Shown in pieces: positions 59,690-64,000 of a DNA stretch of 64,000 nt. Source of the stretch: Camelus dromedarius (taxonomy: Eukaryota); the NCBI RefSeq assembly GCF_036321535.1, contig NC_087436.1:16740001-16804000 (forward strand), written 5' to 3'. A model generated the notes under the pieces. It saw only the letters and a program-made list of their open reading frames with translations, made no database searches and was not told the origin of the DNA. The translations under genes were made by a program, and so were the position numbers. Position 1 is the first letter of the stretch. Every line of letters begins with the position of its first letter.

Positions 59690-60240
59690 TTTCATAGGAA
59701 CTGTAAGGGATATTATGATAATTCAGACAGGAATATTATCCTTAAGACTTTTGCTGTATAGTGAGGGAAATAACATTAACACACAAATAACCATAATATA
59801 AGCTTTAGCAAGACAAGTGTCATAAACCAGAGATAGTGTAGGTACTATGGGATTATTAGGAGAGAAGGAAGAGTCCCGATGTGGAGGATAAGGAGAAAAC
59901 CTTGTGGAGGAGGAGACATGTGATATGTTCTGCTAAGGAAAATCAAAGTTGGTTGCTCTTTGGGAAGTAGGGGAGTTGATATTTGGATGTAGAAAGCAAC
60001 ATGAGCAAAACTGAGGAAGGAGGAAAGCTAGTTATGCTGGTGGGTATGGTAAAGGAGATGCTTGCACCTGTGCAGTGAGAGCATTGGGACTTAGCATTGG
60101 ACTTGTGGCTTTGGGTTATTTTTTATTATATTATTTTGTAGACACTGACACTTTGATTAAAAGAAGACCATGAATAGATCCATGATTAAGGGAGATTGTT
60201 ATGATTTTTTTTTTTTTGGTATGGAGAAATAAGGTCATGT
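59690..60240 (-). mobile_element. L2 fragment (degenerate)
   Basis: ACACAAATAACCATAATATAAG...AAGTGTCATAA...TACTATGGGA...GTGGAGGAGGAGACA...AGCAACATGAGCAAA. Confidence 0.55.
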
Positions 60241-61419
60241 GTGAAGGAAGAGCTGAATTATGTATTATTTATTTGGCTCTAAATATTCTTGTTCAATTTC
60301 ACATCCTGGTCTATGTAGCATAGGCATTTTTGGGCCAGGGAATTGACAGAATAGTAGTGATTCTATATTTTGTAATTTTAGGGATACAAGAAAAGTTTGT
60401 TTTACAAAGACTTAACAAAATTCTCTGTCTGCTAATATCTGATATTTTCTTATATACATTTTCCTTAAAGGCAAGTGACCAGAACCTTGATATATTTTCA
60501 CCTGTTAAAATAAAAAAACCTGCAAGCATAATATGAGAGCCCTGTGCAGGGAAAGGATATCTCAAAGGGGAAGAACATTTCTAGAGGAATATCTAGGTGA
60601 ACACTGATTTCTATTTTTTTTTTGACTGACTTCACAATTTTACCTGTAAACCGTGTTTTTGCTGTATTTCTGTCTTGATATATCTCTGAAGTAGGTCAGA
60701 AATAAATACATACATTCATGTAAATAAACTATATAAATAAAATGCACTGAGTTCATTGGTAGTTTTTATGTAAATTTTAGCTAATAAAATTTTTATTTAA
60801 TAAAAATGAAACAAAATAATCAGTGTTTCCTACCGAAAAGGTGTTTCCTAGCACATGAAGTCAGGCCCCGGATCTTGGTGGGTAGTTAGATTAGGGATTC
60901 TTCTCTGGAGGAAGATAGGCTATGCTTTCTTAATGAATACCTTGATTTCTGGTAATGAGCTATTCAGATGTATAAAAGAACAATTAAGTTTACTCCCAGC
61001 CTTCTGCTACAGTATTTTAATTTTGCATGAATAGTTCTTAATAAAGTCATTTTATTCTAAATTGATTTTATTTTATGTAATGCTAGCTTTTACCTTAGAA
61101 AGGAACACACTCAAAGAGCTAGCATATGGTTCCCTTATGCTGTTCATCACTTGCCTCTCCCTTTAGTGCATTTCATGCTCTGTGCAGTTTTCCCCCTCAT
61201 TCTCTGTGGTTTCTTCTTGCTTGTAAGACTCAGTACCATCCTGCTGCTCTTGGATGTTTGAGCCTTCCTTACTGTCCTGTCTTACCTGGGCCAGTTTGCT
61301 CCATCCAGCACCCTAACAAATCTAGACTTCTCTCCCCAGCCTTCAACCTTTTCCTTCAGGCTTCCTAACATTGCTTATTTGCCTCCCTGCCTGCCTGCCT
61401 TTCTCTCCCTCTCTTTTCT

Positions 61420-62307
61420 TTTTGTGGTACCTAGAGGCTTTTGTCAATGTTTCCAAAGGACTTGCTCTTGATTTTTGTTGACAATCTATTGTTTCATTTT
61501 TTGCAGTTTTCTATTCCATTCATTTTTGCTCTCATCTCCATTGATTTCTTTCTTCTACTTTCTTTGAATTTAACAAGTTTTTGCTCTATATCTGTTAAAG
61601 TAGAATGTTTAACTATTTTTAGTATTTCTTATTTTGTTTAATAAATACATTTAAGGCAATGGAAATTACTACTTTGCCTGCATCTCACGGGTTCAATTTG
61701 TTAAATTTGTTATGCTTTCAACTACTCCTGTTCTAAATATTTCATAATTTCCATTTTGATCTATTCTTTAATCAATGAGTTGTTCAGGCATATACTTTAA
61801 AAAAAGTATAGTTTGTAATAATTGTATTATTCAAATATTTAACATTTATTGAGACATTTCATGTGACAGAAAAAAATTTTCAATAATTACTATATGATTC
61901 TTCTGATAGTTTGAGAGCAATATATTAAGTTACATTTTATTAGAGTTATCCTTGACATGTTAGTGAAAATATTTGTTGCTAATTTTCTCTTAAAAAATTA
62001 CTCGATGTATTTATTTTCTTCCCAAGCAAGATCAGGACACTAGACTCTTAGTGTACGAAAAACTGTTCCTTTCTGTCTCGTCCCTTCCTCCACCCTGTTT
62101 ATTGTATTTAAAATTTTAGTTCCACATGAAAAAATTCATATTAACTACTTTTATAAGTTTTTACAGGTAATTGTTAATTTAAATTTACAAATGTACTTTA
62201 TCAAATTTCTATGCTTACTGTTTTCTTTTTTGCATTCCATTTATTCCTTTTGGGCTCACTTTCTTCTTACTGAAGTATATCGTTTAACATCTCATCTTAG
62301 GAGGATC

Positions 62308-62349
<42 letters not shown>

Positions 62350-62520
62350 TTCTTAGACCTAGTGTTTCTAAAAGTATTTTGTTTTCAGTTTTGCATGGTA
62401 GTTTAGATTGATTTTGAATTTTGTATTTATTGTTATTTTCCCTCAGATGTTTTAAGATACTGTTTGTCTTCTGTCAGCTATCACTGCTGATGAGAGGTTT
62501 TGTCAAAGTTGATAGCCTAG
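61420..62520 (-). mobile_element. Old L1M fragments
   Basis: CTAGAGGCTTTTGTCAAT...TTTCCAAAG, AATAAATACATTTAAGGC, ACTGCTGATGAGAG. Confidence 0.6.
62308..62348. repeat. Compound microsatellite (TG)10(AG)10
   Basis: Read directly. Confidence 0.95.
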
Positions 62521-62559
62521 CTTTTCTATGTGTGGGAATTCAAGTTTTCTATTCATTAT

Positions 62560-64000
62560 GTATTCCCTTCAAATATGTGTTGATTGACGGCTAGTGTTCT
62601 AGACACTGGGGATGCATCAGTGTACAAAGCAGTCAAAAATCCCTGCACTTGTAGATCTTATAGTCTAGCAAGTGAGTAAAACTAGCTACTATAATAAATG
62701 AAACTCCTGATTATTACTGATTTAATGCCTTGCAATTTTATGTCTTATTTGTCAAACTGTCTCTTATGAATGTTCCTGGTTAGGCAGCTCTCGAGATACA
62801 GGCTTCTTTTTCCTTGTGGCTCTGCCATCTCTAACATTTAATTTTAATGCTATCCTTAAGTCACCAACATTCTAGCAGCCGGGGAGGGAAAAGAGCAGGG
62901 AGGAGCGCCTGGGAGGTTTTTAAGGCCTGGCCTAGAAGTGGCACTTTTCACTTTGGCCCACATTCTCATGGTTAGAACTCAGTCACTTGTTCACATTTGA
63001 CTTCAAGGGTACCTGGGAAAGGTAGTTTGGCTATGGGCCCAGGAAGAAGAGAAGACATATTTGGGGATCAGCTAGTTGTCTCTGCCATAGAGAGACAGAT
63101 AATAAATAAGGAAAGCACACAGTTTGCTAAGGAGGAAAACAAACCAAGGAGGGAGTTAGGGAGGGTTGTGGGAGGTGAGGTCACTATTATGTGTGGATGA
63201 CTGGTGAAGTCCATACTCAGAGGGTACATCTGAGTATACACCTGCAAGAAGTGAGGGGTTGGTACCTTGTGGCAGTTTGAAAGAAGAACATTTCAGGCAG
63301 AGCAAAGAGCGAATGCAAATGTCTTGAGGTGAGGGCAATCCTGACCAGACCAGAGGCCCAGGGAAAGCAGTGTAGCTCCAGGAAAGTAAGCAAGGGACTG
63401 GGGTGCATATGATGTCCGTGAGGTAACAGATAAGGTAGGGCTGTGTGAACCATTCTAAGGACTTCATCTTTACAGAGACTAGAAGTTGCCAGTGGATTTT
63501 GAATGGAGGGTATGCTGACTTAGGTTTTAGTGGGATAACTCTGGTTGCTGGGTTGTGGATCAGGGTTAGAATCAGGCTAGTTAGAAGCTACTCTAATAAT
63601 CCAGGTGAGAGAGAATGATGGCTTGGACTAGAGTGTTAGCAGTAAAAGCGGTATGAAGCTATCAGATTCTGAATATGTTTTGAAAATATTGCTGACAGGA
63701 TTTGCTTATGAATAGGATGTGGAATGTACAAAAATGAGAAGAGTCAAGGATGATAGTTTGCCCTCAGTAACTGGAATAGTGGAGATGTCATTTGCTGAGG
63801 TTGGGAAAATTATTGTAGGAAGATTAGAAGCTCAGTTTTGATATATAAAATTTGAGATGCCTTTAAAATGACATCCAAATGGAAATGTGAAATAACCAAG
63901 GGGAGAGGACCAGGTTGAAAATATATATTTGTGAATCATCAACATAGAGATTGGCATTTAAAGACATGGATGAAATAACAAAGTAAATATATGTGGTGGA
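62560..64000 (-). mobile_element. L2a LINE interrupted by an MLT1 LTR; runs to the window end
   Basis: GTTCTAGACACTGGGGATGCATCAGTG...ATCCCTGCACTTGTAG, then TTTCAGGCAGAG...AAGGACTTCATCTTT...TAATAATCCAGGTGAGAG...GATGGCTTGGACTAG...GAAGAGTCAAGGATGA. Confidence 0.85.
62745..63088 (-). mobile_element. MaLR LTR (MLT1J/I-like)
   Basis: CTTGTGGCTCTGCCATCTC...GGCCTAGAAGTGGCAC...CACATTC...TAGAACTCAGTCAC...CTGGGAAAGGTAGT...GTCTCTGCCATA. Confidence 0.8.

Noticed and set aside
60471..60596. Further + strand exon candidate
   Set aside because: The acceptor is reasonable but the donor (TAG|GTGAAC) is weak, and it would stop the putative frame after two codons; insufficient support.

Overview
Mammalian genomic DNA, most likely camelid, judged from two Vic-1-type tRNA-derived SINEs and cetartiodactyl-type L1 3' ends. 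The window holds a CpG-island promoter at about 2.65-3.4 kb (GC boxes, an ETS-like site, an 8-bp G-rich minisatellite, a first-exon splice donor at 3009/3010). About 60 kb of AT-rich, intron-like sequence follows, with mostly antisense L1 copies, as expected inside a long + strand gene or lncRNA. I could not name that gene. Much of the window is interspersed repeat: L1 (a 4.6-kb decayed copy with EN/RT remnants in a multi-level nest at 34-43 kb), HAL1, L2, MIR, hAT MITEs, and ERVL/MaLR/ERV1 LTR fragments. The ORFs in the track look like repeat-derived or chance ORFs. No intact protein-coding gene, tRNA, rRNA or CRISPR array is supported, and I found no convincing novel biological system. The best leads are: a diverged ~150-bp direct repeat bracketing the promoter; candidate small exons that could splice in frame into an unrecognised microprotein or uORF (MKIT...); a double hairpin inside one of those exons; a perfect higher-order 29-bp array; and a few unusual retrotransposition or repair footprints. 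Repeat subfamily names come from recalled consensus sequences, boundaries are approximate, and both need RepeatMasker/Dfam confirmation.
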